A stretch of DNA of 64,000 bases, from contig AP038806.1 of NCBI GenBank assembly GCA_047150005.1, positions 3,776,001 to 3,840,000 of the forward strand, in the 5' to 3' direction. Shown in pieces: positions 1-8,997 of this stretch. Both the position numbers and the translations under genes were made by a program. Position 1 is the first letter of the stretch. Every line of letters begins with the position of its first letter. The notes beneath the pieces were generated by a model. It did no database searches and was not told the origin of the DNA. It was given only the letters and a program-made list of their open reading frames with translations. This DNA is from Nitrospira sp. GTDB lineage: Bacteria > Nitrospirota > Nitrospiria > Nitrospirales > Nitrospiraceae.

Positions 1-644
1 TCTCTGAACTGTTCATCCATATGAGCACGTTCCTCCGCATGCCGCTGACTCAGATGCATTTGAAACCCTTCGGCGACCAGTTGAAGCTCATGCCTCAATT
101 CTTCATTAAGGATACCGCTGTGACGCCGGGCTTCGGCAATATCAGCGCTCAATTCCTGCTTAAGTCCATTCGACAGGACCTCACTGCGGCTTCGGACCTC
201 GGCGATATCATCTCGAAGCGATGTAGTCGCCTGTTGAAGCTCTCCCCGGAGATCTCCAGTGAGAGCCTCCGCGTGGCGCCGCGCATCCGCAATATCAGCC
301 CGCAATTCCTGTCCAAGTTCATTGGAAAGAAACTCGCTGTGGCGTCTCGCTTCAGCGATATCAGCCCGCAGCGAGTCGGCAACCAGTTGGAGATCTCCCC
401 GAAGGACACCTGTGTCGCGCCGAGCCTCGGCAATATCGGCCTTTAATTCGTGTCGCATTTCATTCGATAGAATCTCGCCGTGTCGTCGAGTGTCTGCGAT
501 GTCGGTCCGTAGCGAGTCGGCAACGAGCCCGAGTTCTTCCCTGAGAACACCTGTGTCACGTCGAGCCTCGGCAATATCAGCACGCAGCGACTCAGTCGCC
601 GCGCCGATGATCTCTTGAATTTGTATCAGCGATTCCTGATCCAT
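1..644 (-). CDS. Repeat-rich coiled-coil hypothetical protein, truncated by the window edge (absent from ORF track)
   Basis: Hand-translated from ATG at 644 (GAGG upstream): MDQESLIQIQEIIGAATESLRADIAEARRDTGVLREEL..., open to base 1, about 7 copies of L-x-x-DIA(E/D)xRR. Confidence 0.75.
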   Translation of the reverse strand, partial: MDQESLIQIQEIIGAATESLRADIAEARRDTGVLREELGLVADSLRTDIADTRRHGEILSNEMRHELKADIAEARRDTGVLRGDLQLVADSLRADIAEARRHSEFLSNELGQELRADIADARRHAEALTGDLRGELQQATTSLRDDIAEVRSRSEVLSNGLKQELSADIAEARRHSGILNEELRHELQLVAEGFQMHLSQRHAEERAHMDEQFR

Positions 645-757
645 ACGCTCCGCCTCAAGACACGCGAAGTGTAGGCCTGGGCATGTACGAAGTCAACGAT
701 CCGCGACGAGGAAAAGCTACGCTGCAACTGGCGAAATACAATCATTCAATGGAAAAG

Positions 758-815
758 CCAAACACCAAATACCAAATATCAAAACCCGAAACTCAAAACC
801 CGAAATTCGAAACAA
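758..815. repeat. Degenerate 7-bp tandem repeat (CCAAAYA / YCGAAAC)
   Basis: ccaaaca ccaaata ccaaata tcaaaac ccgaaac tcaaaac ccgaaat tcgaaac. Confidence 0.8.
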
Positions 816-821
816 TGTCCA

Positions 822-2054
822 GGGTGGGTTCAACCAGTCACGGCAACACCATTTGGTCTACATATAGATGTGGAGGAGGGTCTGTATGGGGCAAATGGGG
901 CGTCCGGGTTTGTCTGCAGCCCAGAAAGCGGATCTTTGGCAACGATGGAAGCAGGGACAGTCCTTGAGCGAGATTGGCCGGGCGCTCGGCAAGCACGCCG
1001 GCTCCATTCACGGCGTCGTGTCGTCGAACGGAGGATATATTCCTGCCGTCCGGCGACGGTCACGCTGGTCACTGACGCTGGCGGAGCGAGAAGAGATTTC
1101 TCGGGGCATGGCGAAGCAACTCTCCATTCGCCAGATCGCGATTTCGCTTGGTCGTGCGCCGTCGACGGTCAGTCGGGAAATCACCCGCCATGGTGGACTC
1201 TGCGCGTATCGCGCCGCCGCAGCCGACGCGCGGGCCTGGGAGCGTGCTCGGCGTCCCAAACCTTGCCGGCTCGCGACGTCCCCCGCGCTGCAGCGAATCG
1301 TCGCCAGGAAACTGCAGTGCGATTGGTCGCCTGAACAAATCGCGGGATGGCTCAAACGGGCATTTCCCAATCAGGACACGATGCGGGTGTCGCACGAAAC
1401 GATCTACCGCAGCTTGTTTATTCAAGCCCGCGGCGTCTTCAAGAAGGAATTGATGGGCCATCTCCGATCCCGACGCCGGATGCGGCGGTCGAAGCACGCG
1501 CATACAGAGGGCCAGTCGCGCGGGCAGATCGTTGATGGCGTCTCCATCCGCGACCGTCCCGCGGCCGTACACGATCGAGCGATTCCCGGTCATTGGGAAG
1601 GGGACTTGATGGCTGGTTCACACAATTCACACATCGCCACGTTGGTGGAACGGCAGTCACGGTTCACGATGCTGGTCAAGGTACCGGGCAAAGATACGGC
1701 GAGTGTGGTGACGGCGCTGAGTCAGCAGGTGCGTACCCTGCCTGCAGCCTTGCGCCGATCCTTGACCTGGGATCGCGGCATGGAATTGGCGCAGCATAAA
1801 CAATTCACCCTTGCCACCAAGGTGCAGGTCTATTTTTGCGACCCGCAAAGCCCCTGGCAGCGGGGTACCAATGAAAATACAAACCGTTTGCTGCGTCAAT
1901 ACTTCCCGAAAGGCATGGACCTGTCACAGCACTCCCAGGCAGACTTGAACAGAATCGCGTTACGCTTGAATCAACGCCCGCGGAAGACGTTGGGATTTCA
2001 GACACCAGCGGCTATACTCGCGGCAGGTGTTGCGCTCACTGGTTGAACCCACCC
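822..2054 (+). mobile_element. IS30-family insertion sequence (type A)
   Basis: Terminal IRs gggtgggttcaaccagtcacggcaacacc (822-850) and ggtgttgcgctcactggttgaacccaccc (2026-2054) enclose a transposase. Confidence 0.9.
886..2046 (+). CDS. IS30-family DDE transposase
   Basis: GHWEGDL, LTWDRGMEL, YFCDPQSPWQRGTNENTNRLLRQYFPKG, LNQRPRKTLGF; RBS GGAGGA before ATG 886; stop codon lies inside right IR. Confidence 0.95.
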   Translation: MGQMGRPGLSAAQKADLWQRWKQGQSLSEIGRALGKHAGSIHGVVSSNGGYIPAVRRRSRWSLTLAEREEISRGMAKQLSIRQIAISLGRAPSTVSREITRHGGLCAYRAAAADARAWERARRPKPCRLATSPALQRIVARKLQCDWSPEQIAGWLKRAFPNQDTMRVSHETIYRSLFIQARGVFKKELMGHLRSRRRMRRSKHAHTEGQSRGQIVDGVSIRDRPAAVHDRAIPGHWEGDLMAGSHNSHIATLVERQSRFTMLVKVPGKDTASVVTALSQQVRTLPAALRRSLTWDRGMELAQHKQFTLATKVQVYFCDPQSPWQRGTNENTNRLLRQYFPKGMDLSQHSQADLNRIALRLNQRPRKTLGFQTPAAILAAGVALTG

Positions 2055-2126
2055 CCGCATGTTTTAAGCGGGGAGCGGGAATCCAGGCCCCTCTTCAAAG
2101 CGTCCCTTCCCACAGGTCTTGCCACT
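2053..2126 (-). repeat. Partial copy of composite REP repeat (reverse orientation)
   Basis: Reverse complement matches 13725-13800 (cagtgg.aagacctgtgggaaggga.gc.ttgaaga.gggcctgga...ccccgcttaaaacatgcggg). Confidence 0.85.
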
Positions 2127-2407
2127 GTTCCCCAGGCAAACCCGAACCCAGAAGCTGGAAAACCCAAATACCAAAACTCCAAATCACAACAAAACTGAAA
2201 TCCCAACGAGAGACTGGCTCCGCACAGGCAGGAAGGAGTCGTGGTCGGTCACATTCCCAGGACAATCCGAAACTCGAAACCCGAAACCCAGCAGTCAGGA
2301 CTTCCCAGTCATGTCGGATTTAACCGCCCTCGATTCTCGTCTGGACCAGGCCAATGCTTGTCAGGCCATCATCAACACGGTATGCTTCGGCAAATAAGGA
2401 GCTCAGG

Positions 2408-2698
2408 ATGGGAGTCGCGGAACTGCTGAAAAACAAGCGGGAAATAATCCTGCGCGTAGCACACGACCATGGAGCTCACCACGTCCGAGTGTTCGGCTCC
2501 GTTGCGAGGGGTGAAGCTCGGCCAGAGAGTGACATTGATTTTCTGGTCGAAATGGAAAATGGTCGTAGTTTACTGGACCTCATTAAGCTCGGCCAGGCAC
2601 TTGAGATCCTCCTGCAGCGGAAAGTGGATGTGCAGACGGAGGGAGGTCTGAGTCCACATCTAGAAGAACGCATACACGCTGAAGCCGTTCTCTTATGA
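2408..2698 (+). CDS. MNT (minimal nucleotidyltransferase) antitoxin, MntA-like
   Basis: VFGSVARGEARPESDIDFLV motif, ~96 aa, ATGA overlap with a HEPN gene. Confidence 0.9.
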   Translation: MGVAELLKNKREIILRVAHDHGAHHVRVFGSVARGEARPESDIDFLVEMENGRSLLDLIKLGQALEILLQRKVDVQTEGGLSPHLEERIHAEAVLL

Positions 2699-3039
2699 AG
2701 GACGACCGTGTCTACCTGCTCCATATTCGGGACGCCATCCGACAGATTGTCGAATACACAGTGACAGGAAAAGACGGTTTCTTGGCGGATCGCAAAACTC
2801 AAGATGCGGTCGTTCGAAACTTGGAGATCATCGGCGAGGCAGCCAAACGACTATCTTCAACCCTTAAGGAATCCCATCCCAACATTCCCTGGAAACCCAT
2901 CGCCGGAATGAGGGACAAGCTGATTCACGACTATTTCGGCGTCAATGTGCAACTGGTGTGGGATGCCGTTGAACGTGACCTGCCGATCTTGTACGAGAAG
3001 GTAACGACCCTACTGGGAGGTGTAAAGGAAGGATCATAA
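2695..3039 (+). CDS. HEPN/DUF86 ribonuclease toxin, HepT-like
   Basis: DAVVRNLEIIGEAAK, IAGMRDKLIHDYFGV (Rx4HxY motif). Confidence 0.92.
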   Translation: MKDDRVYLLHIRDAIRQIVEYTVTGKDGFLADRKTQDAVVRNLEIIGEAAKRLSSTLKESHPNIPWKPIAGMRDKLIHDYFGVNVQLVWDAVERDLPILYEKVTTLLGGVKEGS

Positions 3040-3099
3040 CGAAGGGCATGTCCCGATCTGACATAAGGGCTTATACGTTCCCAATCCCGTCTCCTTTAA

Positions 3100-3385
3100 C
3101 CCGTAACCCGAAACGCAGCACTCAGGACTTAGGACTCAGGACTCAGCACTTCCTAGGCGCACTCAGCACTTCCTAGGCGCACTCAGCACTTCCCAGGAGC
3201 ACCCAGCACTTCCCAGGCGCACCCAGCACTCAGCACTTCCCAGGAGCACTCAGCACTTCCCAGGAGCACCCAGCACTTCCCAGGCGCACCCAGCACTCAG
3301 CACTTCCCAGGCGCACTCAGCACTTCCCAGGAGCACCCAGCACTCAGGACTCAGCACTTCCCAGAGTGACCTCCGCTGTCACAGC
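3100..3385. repeat. Tandem array of ~20-bp units ACYCAGCACTTCCYAGGMGC with CAGCACT/CAGGACT heptamers
   Basis: About 10 near-identical 20-mers visible directly; ends in AGAGTGACCTCCGCTGTCACAG. Confidence 0.95.
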
Positions 3386-3541
3386 CAGGTCTTATAATGC
3401 TTGCCGTGAGCCTGTCGAACGGTACGATGCCGCCGGATAAACTGTGAAATGCCGGCCAAATCGGATGACTTTCAATAAGCACTGCGCTAGACTTCGAACT
3501 CCATCGAATGAGCAAGCACGACCCAAGGGGCATCTGACCGA

Positions 3542-3829
3542 ATGAGTCAATTTCCACTGGTTTTTCGGGTCCATGCGATCCAGCGAATGTTCCAACGCAA
3601 AATCACTAGGGAAGAAGTGAAGCAGGTAATGATAGGCGGAGAAACAATTGAAACGTACCCCACCGACGTACCGTATGCGAGCCGACTCGTATTGGGATGG
3701 AGCGGCACGCGGCCCCTGCACGTGGTGGCAGCCGATGATACTCATGCCCGGGAAACGATCATTATTACGGTCTATCAACCAGATGTTTCGGAATGGGAAG
3801 CGGGTTTCAAGCGGAGGAGGAGGTCATGA
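3542..3829 (+). CDS. DUF4258-family putative toxin
   Basis: HAIQRMFQRKITREEV...IETYPTDVPYASRLVLG...RPLHVVAA...IITVYQPD; paired with a zinc-finger gene. Confidence 0.85.
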   Translation: MSQFPLVFRVHAIQRMFQRKITREEVKQVMIGGETIETYPTDVPYASRLVLGWSGTRPLHVVAADDTHARETIIITVYQPDVSEWEAGFKRRRRS

Positions 3830-4053
3830 AATGCGTGATTTGCAAGACTGGAGAAACCCAGCCGGGCGCCGCCACTGTGACGTTGGAGCGGGAGGGTGCG
3901 ACAGTAGTGATTAAAGCTGTCCCGGCTCGAGTGTGCACGAACTGTGGAGAAGAGTATGTGGAGGAAAACACCACGGCTCGCTTGTTACAGATTGCCGAGG
4001 AGGCCGTGAGGGCCGGGGTCCAGGTAGATGTCAGAATGTATGCCGCGGCCTGA
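3826..4053 (+). CDS. YgiT-type zinc-finger (MqsA-N-like) putative antitoxin
   Basis: MKCVIC...VIKAVPARVCTNCGEEY; ATGA overlap with DUF4258. Confidence 0.85.
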   Translation: MKCVICKTGETQPGAATVTLEREGATVVIKAVPARVCTNCGEEYVEENTTARLLQIAEEAVRAGVQVDVRMYAAA

Positions 4054-4169
4054 AAGCGCTTCTCAGCCTTGAGACTCAGCCTCCCGCCTCCCTAGCACCA
4101 AGCGTCAAGCTCCAAATCCGAAACTCCAAATCTCAAGATCCCCATAGGGGCTGCGCTTCCTGACCTTTT

Positions 4170-4390
4170 TTAATCCGAAACCTGAAACCCGAAACCCGAA
4201 ACGCAGCACTCAGGACCCAACACTTCCTGGTGACACTGGGCGCTCACCATCTCGCGCCCGTCCGCAAACGTGACGCTCCTTATTCGTCGCGTCGCGGACC
4301 TCAGCACTTATCACCCAGCACTCAGCACTTCCCAGGAACACCCAGCACTCAGGACTCAGCACTTCCGAGAGTGACCTCCGATGTCACAGG
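4170..4390. repeat. Second heptamer/composite repeat block
   Basis: aaacccgaaacgcagcactcaggac start and cactcaggactcagcacttccgagagtgacctccgatgtcacag end both match the 3100-3385 block. Confidence 0.85.
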
Positions 4391-4428
4391 TTCGCTATAG
4401 AATGCCTCCGCAGCGGAAAGGAGAACAT

Positions 4429-4992
4429 ATGAAACCCATCCTAACGTCCAGATTTGAAGAGGCATTGATCTTTGCCACGCGACTCCATGCAACTCAACTC
4501 AGGAAGGGAACAACGATCCCCTACATTGCCCATCTCCTCAGTGTCGCCAGTCTGGTAATAACCCATGGAGGAAACGAGGACGAAGCTATTGCCGCGCTGC
4601 TTCATGACTCCATCGAAGATCAGGGAATGACTGGTGCGTTGCTCGAAACCAGATTCGGCAAATCGGTGGCCGACATCGTCGAAGCCTGCACCGATACTGA
4701 CGTGACGCCGAAGCCACCCTGGAGAGAACGGAAAGAAAAGTACTTGCCGCATCTTGCCACTGCTTCTCCGTCCGTAAAACTGGTCGCTGCGGCAGACAAG
4801 CTCGACAATCTCAGGGCAATCCTCGCCGACCATCGGATGCTTGGTCCGGCCCTGTGGATCAGATTCAATGCCGGATACGAGGACCAGGTCTGGTACTTCC
4901 GCGGCTGCGCTACGGCGCTCCAGGATGGACCGGCTTCACTACAGAAGGAATTGGAAGCGGCCGTTCAGCAACTGGAAAAACTGGGGAGGTGA
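4429..4992 (+). CDS. HD-domain hydrolase, Mesh1/small alarmone hydrolase-like
   Basis: HATQLRKGTTIPYIAHL, AALLHDSIED, ADKLDN; RBS AAAGGAG. Confidence 0.85.
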   Translation: MKPILTSRFEEALIFATRLHATQLRKGTTIPYIAHLLSVASLVITHGGNEDEAIAALLHDSIEDQGMTGALLETRFGKSVADIVEACTDTDVTPKPPWRERKEKYLPHLATASPSVKLVAAADKLDNLRAILADHRMLGPALWIRFNAGYEDQVWYFRGCATALQDGPASLQKELEAAVQQLEKLGR

Positions 4993-5224
4993 ACTATTCC
5001 AGCCCGCAAGTTTAGACACCGGTTCGGACCGGTAATTAGGTCGGCAACGGTCTTACCAGTATTGCCACAGGAGAAATCTGGTAGAAGTGCGTGACCTTTT
5101 TCGCTTTCCAGTCTCGGTTCCGCCAGACCTCTTGAGAGTGATTGCATTCTTTGGAGGAAATGGGTAAACCCGTTCCAGCTTCGCAGGCTTTGACAAAGCG
5201 CCCCGCGTCAGAAGACCAGGCTGC

Positions 5225-8200
5225 ATGAGCCAAACAGTCATTGAAAATCCGGTCATCAATTCGCCCTTCACCGAGCCCGCTCGGCATTTTCGATTTACGG
5301 ACGAAGGCATCACAGACGACATCATAGAAGAGCGGCGCACAAGCTCGTACTTTATCCCCATCGCTCGTCCCAAGAAGAAAGGCAAGCAACTCGGATTTGA
5401 TACGGACTGGACTCAAGATCGCATTGAGGAGAACAAGCTCGTCAATCGAGTTCGCGAGCGAGTCAAGCAATGGCGAGCAGGAGGGTATGTCGGAACCACA
5501 CAAACGACTCGCCACCTGCTCGATTACTGGACCAACGATCAGCGAGAGCGCAGGCTGTTCTTCTGCCAAATTGAGGCGCTCGAAACCGCCATCTATGTGA
5601 CAGAAGTAGCGGGCAGGTACGGCGATGCCTGGATTGACAATACGCTGCGCGAGGCGAATGAGTCTTCGAATCCTGGGCTGCCACGGATGGCCTTCAAGAT
5701 GGCGACAGGATCGGGGAAGACCGTTGTCATGGCCATGCTCATCGCCTGGCAGGCACTCAACAAGTTGGCGAACCCACAGGATGCCCGCTTTAGCGATACC
5801 TTTCTGCTCATCACCCCCGGCATCACGATCCGCGATCGGTTGCGGGTCTTGCTGCCGAATGATCCGGACAACTATTACCGCCAGAGGGACATCGTATCGC
5901 CGGAAGCACTCGATCGCCTCCAGCAAGCCAAGATCCTCATCACCAACTTCCATGCGTTTCAGCTTCGGGAGAAGATTGCCGCCGGAAAGCTCACCAAGTC
6001 GATCTTGGCGGATGGCAACACAGGCCTCTTCACGGAAACGCCGGATGAAATGGTGCGGCGTGTGCTCCGGGAGTTGGGCAATAAGAAGAACATGATCGTC
6101 ATCAATGACGAAGCCCACCATTGCTATCGCCGGAAGCCGGACGGTCACGACGAGAAACTTGTCGGCGATGAGCGCCGTGAAGCGGAGAAGCGGGATGAAG
6201 AGGCGCGGGTGTGGATTTCAGGTATCGAGGCCATCAAGCAGAAGGTCGGCGTCAAGGCGATCTATGATTTGTCGGCCACGCCGTTTTTTCTGCGAGGCTC
6301 CGGCTGGCCTGAGGCCACACTTTTTCCGTGGGTGGTGTCCGACTTCTCACTGATCGATGCCATCGAATCCGGCATTGTGAAAGTGCCGCGTGTGCCGGTT
6401 GCCGACGATTCGATGCAAGGCGAACAGCCGACGTATCGTGATCTGTGGCTGCGCATCCGCGAAGACCTTCCTAAGAAGGGTCGTGGTTCGGACGCGGTGG
6501 GAGGCGAACCGAAGCTTCCCGCCGAGTTACAGGGCGCCTTGCTCAGTCTGTACGGCAACTATGACAAGTATCATCGGGTGTGGGAACACAACGCCGACGC
6601 GCGTGCCAAGGGGTTGACGCCGCCGGTCTTCATCGTCGTGTGCAACAATACCAATGTCTCCAAGCTGGTGTTCGACTACATCGCAGGGTGGGAAAAGCAG
6701 ATCGGCGACCGCGCCGTAGTCCAGGCGGGGGCATTATCGCTCTTTCGGAACGACGATGGGCACGGCGGATGGGTGCAGCGCCCCAAGACTATTCTTGTAG
6801 ACAGTGAGCAGCTCGAATCCGGCGAGGGGATGAGCGATGACTTCAAGAAAATCGCTGCCCGAGAGATCGAAGAGTTCAAAGCCGAATACCGCACCCGTTT
6901 CCCCGGTCGCGACGCCGACGATCTCTCCGACGAAGACTTGCTGCGCGAGGTGATGAACACCGTCGGCAAAGCCGGCCGGTTAGGCGAACACGTCAAGTGT
7001 GTCGTCAGTGTCTCCATGCTCACCGAAGGGTGGGATGCGAATACGGTCACCCATGTCCTTGGCGTCCGCGCATTCGGCACGCAGTTGCTGTGTGAGCAGG
7101 TGGTGGGGCGTGCATTGAGGCGCATGAGCTACGCAATCAACGCAGATGGGCGCTTCAACGCCGAATATGCCGAAGTCTATGGCGTGCCCTTCTCCTTCAT
7201 TCCGACGAGCGGCAGCACTCCCGATCCGAAGCCGGGACCGATTCCGACTCGTGTGCGCGCACTGGATGATCGCATCGCCTGCGAAGTGACGTTCCCGCGA
7301 CTGATGGGCTATCGCTACGAATTACCCGACGAACGGCTGCGTGTCCGGTTCACCAAGGATTCGATGTTGGCACTGTCAACGGCCGACATTCCGACAAAGG
7401 TCGATAACGCGCCGATCGTGGGGGAAGCCAGTGTGCATACGCTGGACGACCTCAAACGTCGCCGCCTGAACGAAATCGCGTTTCTCCTGGCCAAGCTCAC
7501 GCTGGAGAAGTATTTCCGCCAGGACGGTGAGGCGCGCACCGATCGCCCGGCCAAGCACCAGTTCGATGCCGACGTCAAAACGTGGCTGTTTCCCCAATTG
7601 CTCGCCATCGCTAAGCGCTGGCTGAACGAATGTGTCACCCTCAAGGACAACACATTTCCCCAGTTGCTTCTGCTCGTCGAGTTTGCGCACGATGCCGCCG
7701 ACCGGATCTACAAGGCCATTGTCGGAGCCGATACCGGAAGCCCTGCGTTAAAGCCGATCCTTCGCCCATACGACACCGTCGGTTCCACCCGCTATGTGGA
7801 TTTCGACACCATCCGCTCCGTCTATCCCACCAGGCCGGACAAATGCCATGTCTCCCACGTGGTGGCCGATACGGGGTCATGGGAACAGAAAATGGCGCTG
7901 GCGCTGGAGGAGATGGACGAGGTGGTGCGCTATGTGAAAAATCACAGCCTGGGCTTTATCATCCCCTACACGCTCAACGGCGAAGAGCGCCAGTACATCC
8001 CCGACTTCATCGCGGTGCTCGATGATGGGCAGGGCAGCGCAAACCCACTCAATCTAATTGTCGAGGTGACGGGCGAAAAGAAAAAGGATAAGGAAGCCAA
8101 GGTCAGTACCGCGCGCACGTTATGGGTGCCGGCGGTGAACAATCACGGCGGCTTCGGGCGCTGGGCCTTCATCGAGATTGCCGATCCGTGGGATGCGCAG

Positions 8201-8254
8201 AATGAGATTCGCCGACTGTTGGCATCGTCGCAAGGGTGTGCGACCGGCCGTTGA
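5225..8254 (+). CDS. Type III-like restriction endonuclease/helicase (Res, SF2 DEAH)
   Basis: MATGSGKT Walker A, INDEAHH, SVSMLTEGWD, EQVVGRALRR, C-terminal YIPDF...EVTG nuclease motif. Confidence 0.9.
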   Translation: MSQTVIENPVINSPFTEPARHFRFTDEGITDDIIEERRTSSYFIPIARPKKKGKQLGFDTDWTQDRIEENKLVNRVRERVKQWRAGGYVGTTQTTRHLLDYWTNDQRERRLFFCQIEALETAIYVTEVAGRYGDAWIDNTLREANESSNPGLPRMAFKMATGSGKTVVMAMLIAWQALNKLANPQDARFSDTFLLITPGITIRDRLRVLLPNDPDNYYRQRDIVSPEALDRLQQAKILITNFHAFQLREKIAAGKLTKSILADGNTGLFTETPDEMVRRVLRELGNKKNMIVINDEAHHCYRRKPDGHDEKLVGDERREAEKRDEEARVWISGIEAIKQKVGVKAIYDLSATPFFLRGSGWPEATLFPWVVSDFSLIDAIESGIVKVPRVPVADDSMQGEQPTYRDLWLRIREDLPKKGRGSDAVGGEPKLPAELQGALLSLYGNYDKYHRVWEHNADARAKGLTPPVFIVVCNNTNVSKLVFDYIAGWEKQIGDRAVVQAGALSLFRNDDGHGGWVQRPKTILVDSEQLESGEGMSDDFKKIAAREIEEFKAEYRTRFPGRDADDLSDEDLLREVMNTVGKAGRLGEHVKCVVSVSMLTEGWDANTVTHVLGVRAFGTQLLCEQVVGRALRRMSYAINADGRFNAEYAEVYGVPFSFIPTSGSTPDPKPGPIPTRVRALDDRIACEVTFPRLMGYRYELPDERLRVRFTKDSMLALSTADIPTKVDNAPIVGEASVHTLDDLKRRRLNEIAFLLAKLTLEKYFRQDGEARTDRPAKHQFDADVKTWLFPQLLAIAKRWLNECVTLKDNTFPQLLLLVEFAHDAADRIYKAIVGADTGSPALKPILRPYDTVGSTRYVDFDTIRSVYPTRPDKCHVSHVVADTGSWEQKMALALEEMDEVVRYVKNHSLGFIIPYTLNGEERQYIPDFIAVLDDGQGSANPLNLIVEVTGEKKKDKEAKVSTARTLWVPAVNNHGGFGRWAFIEIADPWDAQNEIRRLLASSQGCATGR

Positions 8255-8280
8255 CACTATGTCACATCCGACATATAGTC
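8251..8280 (+). promoter_or_regulatory. Putative TA promoter with palindromic operator
   Basis: TTGACA then TATGTC-acatcc-GACATA palindrome, TATAGT -10-like box. Confidence 0.55.
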
Positions 8281-8296
8281 ATGGGCCAGAAGCGTA

Positions 8297-8659
8297 ATGG
8301 CCCGGGTTAAGGCCGACAAGCCGCTCGTCTGGCTGGAGGGCGAGGTCAAGACGCCGCCGTTTTCGGCGGAAGCTCGAATAGAAGCCGGGTATCTGCTTCG
8401 GCTGGTGCAGCGCGGCGACACCTTGGCGCTCCCGCACTCCCGGCCGATGCCCGTCATCGGACCCCGATGCCATGAGCTGCGGATCAACGACGCCACCGGC
8501 ACGTTCCGCATCATGTATCGGATCGATCCAGACGCCGTCGTGATTCTCGACGTGTTCCGCAAGAAGACGCCTCGCACCCCGACCACCGTCATCGAGGCGT
8601 GCAAGCGGCGCCTCCGCAACTACGACCGGCTCGCGAACGAAGAGGAGCGCAACTCATGA
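8297..8659 (+). CDS. RelE/ParE-superfamily toxin (Gp49/DUF891-like)
   Basis: PHSRPMPVIGPRCHELRI...FRIMYR...VFRKKTPRTP. Confidence 0.88.
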   Translation: MARVKADKPLVWLEGEVKTPPFSAEARIEAGYLLRLVQRGDTLALPHSRPMPVIGPRCHELRINDATGTFRIMYRIDPDAVVILDVFRKKTPRTPTTVIEACKRRLRNYDRLANEEERNS

Positions 8660-8997
8660 AACCGAGTAAACGCAACAAGCTCGAAGCGGCTGGCTGGTCG
8701 ATCGGATCCGCGAAGGATTTTCTCGGCCTGTCGGACGCCGAGGCCGCGCTCATCGAATTGAAACTGACCCTGAGCCGAACGCTGCGCGATCGGCGACAGC
8801 GCCGCGGGGTATCCCAAGTCGAACTTGCCAAGCGACTCCGGTCCAGCCAGTCCCGTGTCGCGAAGATGGAGGCGGGAGATCCCTCCGTTTCGATGGACCT
8901 GCTGGTCAGTTCCCTGCTCGTGCTCGGGGCCAGCGAGGCCGACCTAGCCAAGGCCATTCGGGGCGAAGGCAAGAAAGGCCGCCATGCCGCCGCGTAA
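8656..8997 (+). CDS. XRE/HTH antitoxin
   Basis: LEAAGWSIGSAKDFLGLS...SQVELAKRLRSSQSRVAKMEAG; ATGA overlap with toxin. Confidence 0.88.
   Translation: MKPSKRNKLEAAGWSIGSAKDFLGLSDAEAALIELKLTLSRTLRDRRQRRGVSQVELAKRLRSSQSRVAKMEAGDPSVSMDLLVSSLLVLGASEADLAKAIRGEGKKGRHAAA

Noticed and set aside
21..446. Plus-strand ORFs 21-446 and 259-618
   Set aside because: Shadows of the minus-strand repeat protein
3118..3365. Possible CRISPR array
   Set aside because: Units are contiguous 20-mers with no unique spacers, and no cas genes are present
2200..5000. Classical integron
   Set aside because: No integron integrase and no GTTRRRY/RYYYAAC attC structures recognised
5036..6148. 370-aa minus-strand ORF
   Set aside because: Antisense to the Res gene
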